From Eledone cirrhosa (lineage: Eukaryota), in NCBI GenBank assembly GCA_964016885.1, contig OZ024750.1, positions 11,594,001-11,658,000 of the forward strand: 64,000 nt of DNA. The letters are read 5' to 3'. Below are positions 52,298 to 64,000 of this stretch, in pieces. Within the stretch, counting starts at the first letter, position 1. Each line of letters starts with the position of its first letter. The position numbers and the translations under genes were made by a program. The notes beneath the pieces are model-generated. The model was given only the letters and a program-made list of their open reading frames with translations. It was not told the DNA's origin and made no database searches.

Positions 52298-54523
52298 TCA
52301 CTGACCAGGTGACCAATCTGTTCAACTATGTTACTAACCAGGTGATCAGGCTGTAGTGACCAGGTGAGCAATCTGTTCAACAATGTTACTGACCAGGTGA
52401 TCAGGCTGTAGTGACCAGGTGACCAATCTGTTCAACTATGTTACTGACCAGGTGATCAGGCTGTAGTGACCAGGTGACCAATCTGTTCAACAATGTTACT
52501 GACCAGGTGATCAGGCTGTAGTGACCAGGTGACCAATCTGTTCAACAATGTTACTGACCAGGTGATCAGGCTGTAGTGACCAGGTGACCAATCTGTTCAA
52601 CAATGTTACTGACCAGGTGATCAGGCTGTAGTGACCAGGTGACCAATCTGTTCAACAATGTTACTGACCAGGTGATCAGGCTGTAGTGACCAGGTGACCA
52701 ATCTGTTCAACTATGTTACTAACCAGGTGATCAGGCTGTAGTGACCAGGTGACCAATCTGTTCAACAATGTTACTGACCAGGTGATCAGGCTGTAGTGAC
52801 CAGGTGACCAATCTGTTCAACAATGTTACTGACCAGGTGATCAGGCTGTAGTGACCAGGTGACCAATCTGTTCAACTATGTTACTGACCAGGTGATCAGG
52901 CTGTAGTGACCAGGTGACCAATCTGTTCAACAATGTTACTGACCAGGTGACCAATCTGTTCAACTATGTTACTGACCAGGTGATCAGGCTGTAGTGACCA
53001 GGTGACCAATCTGTTCAACTATGTTACTGACCAGGTGATCAGGCTGTAGTGACCAGGTGACCAATCTGTTCAACTATGTTACTGACCAGGTGATCAGGCT
53101 GTAGTGACCAGGTGACCAATCTGTTCAACAATGTTACTGACCAGGTGATCAGGCTGTAGTGACCAGGTGACCAATCTGTTCAACTATGTCACTGACCAGG
53201 TGATCAGGCTGTAGTGACCAGGTGACCAATCTGTTCAACTATGTTACTGACCAGGTGATCAGGCTGTAGTGACCAGGTGACCAATCTGTTCAACAATGTT
53301 ACTGACCAGGTGATCAGGCTGTAGTGACCAGGTGACCAATCTGTTCAACTATGTCACTGACCAGGTGATCAGGCTGTAGTGACCAGGTGACCAATCTGTT
53401 CAACAATGTTACTGACCAGGTGATCAGGCTGTAGTGACCAGGTGACCAATCTGTTCAACAATGTTACTGACCAGGTGATCAGGCTGTAGTGACCAGGTGA
53501 CCAATCTGTTCAACAATGTTACTGACCAGGTGATCAGGCTGTAGTGACCAGGTGACCAATCTGTTCAACTATGTTACTGACCAGGTGATCAGGCTGTAGT
53601 GACCAGGTGACCAATCTGTTCAACAATGTTACTGACCAGGTGATCAGGCTGTAGTGACCAGGTGACCAATCTGTTCAACTATGTTACTGACCAGGTGATC
53701 AGGCTGTAGTGACCAGGTGACCAATTTGTTCAACAATGTTACTGACCAGGTGATCAGGCTGTAGTGACCAGGTGACCAATCTGTTCAACTATGTCACTGA
53801 CCAGGTGATCAGGCTGTAGTGACCAGGTGACCAATCTGTTCAACTATGTTACTAACCAGGTGATCAGGCTGTAGTGACCAGGTGACCAATCTGTTCAACA
53901 ATGTTACTGACCAGGTGATCAGGCTGTAGTGACCAGGTGACCAATCTGTTCAACTATGTTACTGACCAGGTGATCAGGCTGTAGTGACCAGGTGACCAAT
54001 CTGTTCAACAATGTTACTGACCAGGTGATCAGGCTGTAGTGACCAGGTGACCAATCTGTTCAACAATGTTACTGACCAGGTGATCAGGCTGTAGTGACCA
54101 GGTGACCAATCTGTTCAACTATGTTACTGACCAGGTGATCAGGCTGTAGTGACCAGGTGACCAATCTGTTCAACAATGTTACTGACCAGGTGATCAGGCT
54201 GTAGTGACCAGGTGACCAATCTGTTCAACAATGTTACTGACCAGGTGATCAGGCTGTAGTGACCAGGTGACCAATCTGTTCAACTATGTTACTGACCAGG
54301 TGATCAGGCTGTAGTGACCAGGTGACCAATCTGTTCAACAATGTTACTGACCAGGTGATCAGGCTGTAGTGACCAGGTGACCAATCTGTTCAACAATGTC
54401 ACTGACCAGGTGATCAGGCTGTAGTGACCAGGTGACCAATCTGTTCAACAATGTTACTGACCAGGTGATCAGGCTGTAGTGACCAGGTGACCAATCTGCT
54501 CAACAATGTTACTGACCAGGTGA
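52298..54523. repeat. 55-bp satellite, ~40 highly homogeneous units
   Basis: Unit gaccaggtgatcaggctgtagtgaccaggtgaccaatctgttcaac(a/t)atgttact. Confidence 0.95.
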
Positions 54524-54865
54524 CTAGGACTGGTGGTGGTGTTGATGATGATGGTTTGTTAATCAGTGGGCGAGAGGGGGGGGGCATTAGAGTACAACAG
54601 CTGCTATAGTAACAGTAGTATTAGTGGTGGCAGTAGTAGTAGCAGCATTAGTAGTAGTAGCAGCAGCAGTAGTAGTAGTAGTAGTAGTAGGAGTAGTAGG
54701 AGTAGTAACAGCAGGAGTAGTAATAATAGCCATGTTAACTATACATAACAGGAAGTTATGAAGGAAGGAGTCTGAACTGTAAAGATAAGTCCAACACAGC
54801 CTCTGTTTACTAGTGTCAGCTTCAGACTTGTTTATAGGATTGGCTTATATTAAGGCAGACCAGTC

Positions 54866-55690
54866 TGGTGGTGGTGGTGGTGTTAATGGTGGTGGTGGTG
54901 GTCCTGATGGTGAAGGTGGTGGTGGTGTTAATGGTGGTGGTGGTGGTGATGGTGGTGGTGGTGGTGGCGTTAATGGTGGTGGTGGTGATGGTGGTACTGA
55001 TGGTGAAGGTGATGGTGGTGTTAATGGTGGTGGTGGTGGTGATGGTGGTGTTAATGGTGGTGGTGGTGGTGGTACTGATGGTGAAGGTGGTGATGGTGGC
55101 GTTAGTGGTGGTGGTGATGGTACTGATGGTGGTGGTGTTAGTGGTGGTGGTGGTGGTGGTGGTGGTACTGATGGTGAAGGTGGTGGTGGTGTTAATGGTG
55201 GTGTTGGTGGTGGTGGTGGTGGTGGTATGCTGGTGGTGGTGGTGGTGGGGGTATGCTGCTGGTGGTGGTGGTGGTGGAGGTATGCTGGTGGTGGTGGTGG
55301 AGGTATGCTGGTGGTGGTGGTGGAGGTATGCTGGTGGTGGTGGTGGTGGGGGTATGCTGCTGGTGGTGGTGGTGGTGGAGGTATGGTGGTGGCGGTGGAG
55401 GTATGCTGGTGGTGGTGGTGGAGGTATGCTGGTGGTGGTGGTGGAGGTATGCTGGTGGTGGTGGTGGTGGGGGTATGCTGCTGGTGGTGGTGGTGGTGGA
55501 GGTATGGTGGTGGCGGTGGAGGTATGCTGGTGGTGGTGGTGGAGGTATGCTGGTGGTGGTGGTGGAGGTATGCTGGTGGTGGTGGTGGTGGGGGTATGCT
55601 GCTGGTGTGGTGGAGGTACACTGATTCTGGTGGTGGTGTTGGTATGCTGGTAGTGGTGGTGCTGGTATGCTGGTGGTGGTGGTGGTGCTG
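54866..55690. repeat. (GGT)n-based compound repeat
   Basis: Directly visible. Two sub-domains with anchors gttaat/actgat and aggtatgct. Confidence 0.95.
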
Positions 55691-56107
55691 GTGGCAGACA
55701 GCAGCTACAGTAGGGGAGGGGAGCTATTGCTGCAGCAAGGAACTTGAGATATGTTTTTCTCTTATATTACCCAGTGAGAATAAAAATAATTGTTTCTATT
55801 TTAGGCACAAGGCCAGCAATTACCCAGTGCATTACTGGTACTTTATTTTATCGACCCTGTAAGGATGAAAGGCAAAGTCAACCTCGGCGGGATTTGAACT
55901 CAGATCATAAAGGGACGTAACTATGCTGGAAAGCATGGCGTCCGACCCTCTACCGATACTGCCAATCCAAAAAATAATAAATAAACAAATAGTTTTAATG
56001 ATAAATACAGAAATCACCTTGAATTTTTAAGGCCTTGTGTTGATGTAAGAAACTATTAATGGTAGAACTGGTAGATAGCCAGGTAGAATTGGTTTAACTG
56101 GTAGATA

Positions 56108-56453
56108 TGGAGGCACATGGCTTAGTAGTTAGAGCATTGGCCTTGCAATCGAAAGGTTGTGAGTTCAGTTCTCAGACCGGGTGATGTGTTGTTTCCTTGA
56201 GCAAGACACTTTATTTCACATTGCTCCAGTTTACTCAGCTGTAGAAATGAGATGATAGGGACTGGTGTCCCTATCATTCCACTGTAAAGTGGTCGTGGAG
56301 GTGCCACGGCAAAAAAAGCACCCTGCACTCACTGTAAATGAGGTTGGTGTTAGGAAGGGCATCCAGCTGTAGAAATCAAGCCAGGTATCAGTTCCTGTCC
56401 CACCCTTGCAAGCAGGGAAAAGGCGGACGTAAAATGAAATGATGATGATGATG
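56108..56453 (+). mobile_element. SINE family B
   Basis: Near-identical to 5197-5530. Confidence 0.85.
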
Positions 56454-56489
56454 TTGATACCTGGATAGAACTGGTATAATATTCGGTAG

Positions 56490-56875
56490 AATTGGTAGTG
56501 GTAGATATCCGGGTAGAATTGGTTGAATATCAGGTAGAATTGGTTGAATATCAGGTAGAATTGGTTGAATATCAGGTAGAACTGGTTGAATATCAGGTAG
56601 AATTGGTTGAATATCAGGTAGAACTGGTTGAATATCAGGTAGAACTGGTTGAATATCAGGTAGAACTGGTTGAATATCAGGTAGAACTGGTTGAATATCA
56701 GGTAGAACTGGTTGAATATCAGGTAGAACTGGTTGAATATCAGGTAGAACTGGTTGAATATCAGGTAGAACTGGTTGAATATCAGGTAGAATTGGTTGAA
56801 CATCAGGTAGAACTGGTTGAATATCAGGTAGAACTGGTTGAATATCAGGTAGAACTGGTTGAATATCAGGTAGAG
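56490..56875. repeat. 21-bp minisatellite, ~17 units
   Basis: Unit caggtagaactggttgaatat. Confidence 0.95.
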
Positions 56876-57076
56876 TTTGTATATATATATATAATAGTAG
56901 AACACTGGTGGATTATATCTGTAATAGTAGAGCACTCAGTCCATGGGACGAGTTTGGTAGAAGTAGTAACAACAGTTAGTTTGCCATACCGAGAACAAAT
57001 GTTTCACCTTATTCAGATCATCAGCTTGGTTTAACAATTGTTCTCGGTAATGGTGAACTAACCGTTGTGCAACTAC

Positions 57077-57166
<90 letters not shown>

Positions 57167-57252
57167 GAGGTTATATTTAATTTGTTGGGATTCAATAAGG
57201 TTGTCTTTTTTCAGGGTATGTCAATATTTATTTATAAAACTAATCTGTATTG

Positions 57253-57318
57253 TATTTTATCTGATGAAAGCGCACCATAATTTGCCTTGGTGGCCCTTGA
57301 AATATGTATAATAAAATA
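57253..57318 (+). ncRNA. Type-I hammerhead ribozyme
   Basis: tattttat CTGATGA aag..cacca..tggtg..ctt GAAA tatgta TA ataaaata. Stem I is 8 bp, stem II is aag/ctt plus cacca/tggtg, and stem III is short. Lies between two (TA)n tracts. Confidence 0.6.
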
Positions 57319-57358
57319 AATATGGTTTTATAAATATAGTTTCCATTTGTTAATATAT

Positions 57359-57402
<44 letters not shown>

Positions 57403-57699
57403 GAGAGAGAGAATGAGAGAGTGTGTTCCGGGTTCAGTCAGAGGTAACCACAGTTAGTAAGGTACTCAATACATTAGTAGAGTGTAAACATCATGTTTAA
57501 TATAGAAATAGCTTCTATAGGACTAGAACTGTTTCATTCAAAAGAAATCGTCACAGCTTTCCTGATGATTTCTCATGAATGAAACAGTTCTAGTCCTGTA
57601 GAAGCCATTTCTATATTATGTTTATATTCATGTGAGTGCATGTCTATGTGTATATTTGTATTTATCATGTTTTTCAATGTGTGTGTGCACGTGTATATA

Positions 57700-57749
<50 letters not shown>

Positions 57750-57775
57750 CTCATTAATTACCATGTCTATGTGTA

Positions 57776-57808
<33 letters not shown>

Positions 57809-59659
57809 GTGTGTGTGTGAATGGGTACATAATGTTTTGCACATATTTGTGGTATTGTATGTCCACTATATTAGTGGTATGTGTATGTGTGTTTGAGTTA
57901 TGTGTGTGTATGTGTTTGTATAAGATAGCAAGATTAGAAGTCTTGAAATGAAATTTCCAATCTGTTAGCTTCTACTCCTCTCCCCCACCAAACACACCCC
58001 ACCCAGCACCACCACCCAACACTCTATTTATCTGTATGTGACCCCCCCCCCCTCCTATCTGCCTACCAACCACCCTATTTATCTGTATGTGAGTGTAACC
58101 TAATCCAAACCAACCACCCAGGCCAGATGTTCTGTGAGCTGTGAGGAGACATAAGCTATCTGTTAAAGAAACTAACAACAACAACAACAGCAACAACAAC
58201 AATTTCTGGCTTTGACCAAGAAATTATTCTGATGCAAAGATAATTTCTCAATAAAACCTCTCCTAACAACAGAGGGGACCCCTTGAAAGACAACCACAAC
58301 AACAGCAACAACAATGATAAAAACAACCAACTACAAGAATATTTTGGGGTGGGAAGTTTCAGGTGATGGGGTTTTTTTTGTTTTCTTTTGGGTTGGGTGT
58401 TAAACAACCTATGCTTCCCCCTCCCCTTCTTGCATGGGTGCTGGTGTTTTGTTGGAAATATTGTTGTTGCAGCTGAGATTTGCTGTTCTTTCTTCTGGGA
58501 ACCATTCAGCTGTGAAGTATGTGAAGTATGTGGACATAGACATGGCTGGGTGCTTAAAGAAGTTTGCTTTGTAACCATGAGGTTTCAGGTTTGATACTGC
58601 AGCATAGTATCTTGAACAAGTGTCTTTACTGTAGGCCAGGACCGGATTTCATGGGGAGCAAGGGGGAAATTGCCCTGGACCCCACTAGCGATGGCCGTAG
58701 CAATTTATTTGTGCCCTCAGGTGGGCCTTTTAGTTTTAGGTTGGTCAGAATTTTTTAATTTAATACCTGTATGTATAACTTTTCAATTCCAATTGCTTGT
58801 GCTAAGCTAATTTTGATATGTTATATTGGGGGGGGGGGGGGTGCTGTGTATTCTAATGTTTTGTGTATTGTATGAGCCTCTCCCCCCCCCCCCCAAAAAA
58901 AACTGAAGCGCCCCTCACCATTGCCTATGGTGGTGAGTAGGGAGGTAGCCCTAGGGCCGAGGACACCAGAAGTCTCCACTGCCAAGGGTGTGGATTGTCT
59001 TTCTGTTGACTACTGACTGCTGGTCTCTGTCCTCTGGGGCATTTTTGCCCATTGCTGTCTTTGACAGCATTTAGCTGTTTTAATGGCTGTTCTAGCGATG
59101 AGTTTTCTCTTTTTTATATGAATTTTTATGTTTGATAACAAAGGAGATTTTTCATAGTCATAGTCTTTTAACCTACTAGAAATAGAAACTAAATCTCCCT
59201 CAGATCACACCCTACTGTATTAAAAAATGTATATGTTTGAGAATGTGGTATTAGGTTACCTGCAGAAGGAAAAAGATAGCGTGGGTCACAGCTGGAATGC
59301 CTTTGATCATAGGTCTGCACAATGAGGGCTAACCAGCATCTAAATATGAACAACAACAACAATTACTAGTTCCAATTTCATTATCCCACTACCACCACCG
59401 CCTCCCTCACCACCATCACGTCAACCACAACCACCACCGCCACCCCCCACCTCCAACACTAAACCCCCCCCCCACATCCTCACCACCATCACCACCTCCA
59501 CTACCACAGCCCCCATCACCACCACAACCACCACTATCACCACCACCATCACAACCACTACAACCACCACCACTACCATATCATATAGAGAAATTACTGG
59601 TCATAAAATACACTTCAGTCCCAGCCCTTCTTATTAAACCTATTTTCTATCATGTGGGT

Positions 59660-59855
59660 GTGACAGACAGACAGACAGACAGATATCTTCCTTCCAGCGA
59701 TTACCCCAGTGCATCACTGGTACTTTATTTATCGACCCCGTAAGGATGAAAGGCAAAGTTAACCTCGGCGGGATTTGAACTCGGAACGCAAATGGCCATA
59801 ACTATGTTGCAAAGTATGGCGTCTGACACTCTACCGATTCTGCCAAACCACAGGC

Positions 59856-59952
<97 letters not shown>

Positions 59953-59973
59953 GTACTCTTATTATAATATAGA
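59660..59973 (-). mobile_element. Helitron-like 5' end with (TCTG)n microsatellite, interrupted by a SINE
   Basis: The minus strand reads A|TCTATATTATAATAAGAGTAC(TGTC)n. A SINE at ~59700-59848 splits the (GACA)n tract. The 3' end was not identified. Confidence 0.4.
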
Positions 59974-60734
59974 TTATTTTATTGTTGTTGTTGTTATTGC
60001 AAACGAAAGTATTCATCTTACTCGTCAACACATTGTCGTTGTCATTATTATTTCGCGAATTATTCTTAATCTCCGGCAGCTGACCCCACAAAGCCTTATG
60101 TAGAGAAAGGTCAAAAGCTTCTATTTTTCAACTATTTCTAGGGTGTTCCACAAATAACTTCACCATTCCTCAAATTTAACTGACATGTTGTTGTTTTCTT
60201 GGAATCTAAATATTTCTGTGTGTGTGTGTCACCATATGAGTGTATGTGTATATATATATATGAACATGTGTGTGTTTGTGTATATATATGAACACGTGTG
60301 TTTGTGTATGTATGCCTATGAACATATGAGTATGTTTGTGTATATATATATATATATATATATATGAACACGTGTGTTTATGTATGTATATCTATGAACA
60401 TATAAGTATGTTTGTGTATATATATGAACATATAAGTGTGTTTGTGTATATATATGAACATATGTGTGTTTGTGTATGTATATATATATAATATATATAT
60501 ATAACTTTTTTTAGTTTAATTATTTTTATATTAAAATATATTTTTGCTTAATTATTTTTATATTATTTACCTTTTCTTTCTTTTACAGATATTCCCCTGC
60601 CGTTGGGTTTATCCTCCTCATTGAAAAATTAAATTTTCTTATGCCTAGGCCGGCCTTCGTTCATGTTTTCTTCACATCATAATTATTCTTATATTCAGAG
60701 CCACATCAACTATCAGTGTTGACCTGCACTAACA

Positions 60735-61676
60735 ATGAGGTCCCTATTAATTCTATGGGGTTGTTTTACCCTTGTCACAAGCTCATTGACTTGGCTCCGC
60801 TCTTTTAAGTCTGGACATGGAAAACTCACCAAAATTGCGATAAATTCTCAAACCAATGATGTCTATGTTGGTGGTATGAATGCAATTTACCATTTAGATT
60901 CTGAGCTGAAGGAAAAACAGTATCTAAATATTAAAACAACAACATTTACCAACAACATTGTAACTGTTTTAGAAATTGAACCAAATTTAGAATATCTTCT
61001 TTCTTGTGGAACAATAAGACAAGGAGTCTGTGAAATTCACGGATTGAAAAATATCACTAATAAAACATCCACTTTTGATAACAAAGTTGAAAGTTTGATT
61101 GGAAGCCGAAAATCAGTTGTTGCTTTTTTTGGAAGATCTCGTACTGCCATTCCTTACTTATATGTTGCTATGGCATATGATGGCCGTACAACTAATAAAT
61201 ATCCATATGCAATATCTGAACGTAAAATTCAGAAAAGTAATTCCTTTTATAAGATTTCTTACAGAGAAAACTTTGATTATATTACTGCTAATACCAGCTA
61301 TTCAACTGAATTTGTCTATGGTTTCGAGTATAACAACTTTATCTTCTATGTTTCGGTAAGATTTGGTAATTCAACATTCCTTCTTCGTGTTTGTGAAGCT
61401 GAAGGCAGTTACTATTACATTGAAATGAAGATTAACTGTTGGGTTGATGAACACGCACTTCATTACAGTACTGCTGCGCGCTTTACCTATCTTAATGGGA
61501 AACCAACATTGATAGTGAGCTTCTGGAAGGAACACAAGACATCAGCTATTTGTCATTATAACATGGAGGAAATAAAAAGAAGAATGAAGCGTCAAATAAA
61601 AGAATGTAGTAGCCATACAAATGGTTTTCAAAAAGCATCTCGTTGGGTTGTTACTGACAAAGAATGTACAGAAGTG
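60735..61676 (+). CDS. Plexin-like receptor, first coding exon (signal peptide plus most of the Sema domain)
   Basis: Non-repetitive 314-codon frame with a hydrophobic N-terminus (MRSLLILWGCFTLVTSS). It has Sema-type motifs VYVGGMNAIYHL, YLLSCGTIRQGVC, FVYGFEYNNFIFYV, LLRVC..EGSYYYIEMKINC and SAICHYNMEEI. Acceptor ttttacAG at 60587-60588 (exon starts 60589, 5'UTR) and phase-0 donor GTATGT at 61677. Confidence 0.85.
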
Positions 61677-61712
61677 GTATGTTAACATCTTTCCTCCATA
61701 TATATGTTTTAA

Positions 61713-62490
61713 CCCTTCAACATTTACATTACTCTATATATACTATTATATTTTCATGGTAAAGGCTTTATCTCACATAATATCTCACATAACATTTACA
61801 TTACTCTATATATACTATTATATTTTCATGGTAAAGGCTTTATCTCACATAATATCTCACATAACATTTACATTACTCTATATATACTATTGTATTTTCA
61901 TTGTAAAGGCTTTATCTCACATAATATCTCTCATAACATTTACATTACTCTATACATACTATTGTATTTTCATTGTAAAGGCTTTATCTCACATAATATC
62001 TCACATAACATTTACATTATTCTATATATACTATTGTATTTTCATTGTAAAGGCTTTATCTCACATAATATCTCACATAACATTTACATTACTCTATACA
62101 TACTATTGTATTTTCATTGTAAAGGCTTTATCTCACATAATATCTCACATAACATTTACATTACTCTATACATACTATTGTATTTTCATTGTAAAGGTTT
62201 TATCTCACATAACATTTACATTACTCTATATATACTATTGTATTTTCATTGTAAAGGCTTTATCTCACATAATATCTCTCATAACATTTACATTACTCTA
62301 TACATACTATTGTATTTCCATGGTAAAGGTTTTATCTCACATAACATTTACATTACTCTGTATTTACTATGGTATTTTCATAGTAAAGGCTTTATCTCAT
62401 ATGATATCTCACATATCTCACATAACATTTACATTACTCTATATATACTATTGTATTTTCATGGTAAAAGCTTTATCTCACATAATATCT
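61713..62490 (+). repeat. 72-bp (some 60-bp) minisatellite, ~11 units, derived from the MITE left end; in the plexin-like intron
   Basis: Starts TTAA|cccttcaacatttacattactctat. The unit matches the first ~80 bp of the MITE. Confidence 0.85.
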
Positions 62491-62568
62491 CTTGTTCCTA
62501 TACTAGAAATCATTGCTTTCAGTATAATTCCCATTATTCAGAAACTTGTATCTTCTTTTTTTTAACAG

Positions 62569-62754
62569 GCTGTGGACACTATCACCGAGGATACCTGTGG
62601 CATTGCAGACAATGTATACTCTTCTATTGTGAACCCATTTGCATTGACTGCTAGACTTGAACAAAAGAAATATATAACTGCAATACAAATATATACGCTT
62701 GATCACATCCCAGTTCACCTTCTTGGAACAAATGATGGTCATTTACTGAAAATT
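62569..62754 (+). CDS. Plexin-like receptor, second coding exon (Sema C-terminal part); gene continues beyond the window
   Basis: Polypyrimidine tract plus aacAG at 62567-62568, phase 0 matching the upstream donor. Reads AVDTITEDTCG...ITAIQIYTLDHIPVHLLGTNDGHLLKI, matching the plexin pattern CG...TA...FLGT.DG.L.K. The donor GTAACT at 62755 is less certain. Confidence 0.8.
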
Positions 62755-63084
62755 GTAACTTTTATTTCTTTTTTACTCTTCTTCTTGCTGCCATGTTTAA
62801 GTATTAAATTCGTTTTCAAATTAAAATCTGCAACAGAAGATGATTGCAATGGTAGTATCGGTAGAGGGTCGGACACCATGCTTTGACGCAGAGTTATGGC
62901 TCTTGCCATTCTGAGTTCAAATCCCGCCGAGGTTAACTTTGCCTTTCATCCTTACGGAGTCGATAAAATAAAGCACCAGTAATTCACTAGGTAATTCCTG
63001 TTTGCTTTCACTTTTAAAACAACTGCCAATATACTTTACATGTATGGTATTTTACCTTTAATTCTCAAATGAATTCAGCTATAA

Positions 63085-63390
63085 GGACTAGTCGTCAACA
63101 TACAGGACTTCCCATGAAGTACCAGTTTTAATCTCCTCATTGATGACCTGAAAGACAGTAATAAGTAGAAGTGGACTGAGGTCTGATCCCTGATAGTCCC
63201 CACCACCATCACCACCACGTGCATTTCAAATTCTTCACTGTATTTATTGCCAAATCTCACATTGCTGGTTGTACCTTTATAAATAGATTACACAACCCTC
63301 GGTCTACACCTAGCTTCCTAAGTGCCCACAAGATTACAGAACATGGGATCCAGTTGGAGTCCTTTCTGTCCTTTCCCAGATCTATAGCTA
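63085..63390 (-). mobile_element. Decayed RTE-type reverse transcriptase fragment, antisense in the plexin-like intron
   Basis: Frameshifted remnants ILWALRKLGV, KYSEEF and SWEVLYVDD (YADD-type catalytic motif at ~63091-63117). Confidence 0.65.
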
Positions 63391-63786
63391 AGTAGTCAGA
63401 CATTAAAAAAATCAGTACTTTATTTATAAACAAGTAAAAGTTGGCACCAAGATGGGCCACCGACTATAGAATGCTGCCTCAAAAAAGTCTCATCTAATTC
63501 AATCCATCACATGAGGAAAGCAAATGTAAAACCAATGAGAACGATGACCCAAGTTATCGAAAATAATTAGCTGAAGTGTTTTTTCTCATTAAGATTTTTC
63601 CATTTTTAATTTAATTTTATAAGTTTTCAGATATGTAGCTTGAGTCCTCTCAGGGCTTCTTATTAGTATCTGCCTATGTTTTTAATATCTAATATCACTT
63701 CAGTGTAAAAATGTTATTTTTACAAATGTCTCACATGTGTGATATATATCCTCTATATTTGTATCAACTTTCGCATTTTCTTTTAA

Positions 63787-64000
63787 CCCTTTAGCATTTA
63801 CATTACCATATATATACTATTGTTTTTTTTTGTGGCAAACACTTTACCTCACATAATTATCTCACATAATATCGAATCTATGAGAATTTGATATTATTTA
63901 TGTTGTAAACAATACCTTAATATCAGTATGAATGGCTAGTTACAGCGGGTTTGAACAGAAAGGGGTGAGAGAATTCTGGCCAGATATTTCCGGTTTAAAT
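63787..64000 (+). mobile_element. Same TTAA MITE, running off the window end (inside the plexin-like intron)
   Basis: TTAA|ccctttagcattta start, colinear with 23120-23340 up to ccggtttaaat. Confidence 0.75.

Noticed and set aside
52298-54523. CRISPR-like appearance (repeated TGACCAGGTGA with intervening segments)
   Set aside because: The intervening segments are themselves identical repeats, there are no cas genes, and the context is eukaryotic. It is a satellite.
54813-55862. Gly-rich and Pro-rich long ORFs
   Set aside because: (GGT)n repeat open in multiple frames, ending in a SINE.
56231-57034. Heptad ORFs (QVELVEY / FNQFYLI)
   Set aside because: Translation of a 21-bp minisatellite.
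61621-62654. 314-aa hydrophobic and 254-aa ORFs overlapping the plexin-like gene
   Set aside because: Intronic MITE-derived 72-bp repeat, out of frame with the upstream exon.

Overview
AT-rich eukaryotic, repeat-dense DNA. The SINE/LINE complement and (TA)n/(CA)n density suggest a cephalopod such as Octopus, which is an inference. The only convincing protein-coding gene is at the right end: the first two coding exons of a divergent plexin-like, Sema-domain receptor on + (60735-61676 and 62569-62754), continuing beyond the window. The rest is microsatellites, about ten minisatellites, tRNA-derived SINEs, fragments of CR1-, RTE- and CRE-type LINEs, a 221-bp TTAA-flanked (piggyBac-type) MITE family and a Helitron-like element. 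The most interesting signal is non-coding. At least four minimal type-I hammerhead ribozyme motifs are present (24231-24271, 35800-35925, 57253-57318, 11331-11377). One lies in a ~625-bp ORF-less insertion with an 11-bp target-site duplication, ~190-bp terminal redundancy and a 440-nt structured monomer, making it a retrozyme/circRNA-like element. Several families of (TA)n-embedded fold-back palindromes also occur, some folding next to hammerhead-like cores. Nearly all long ORFs in the track are simple-repeat artefacts.
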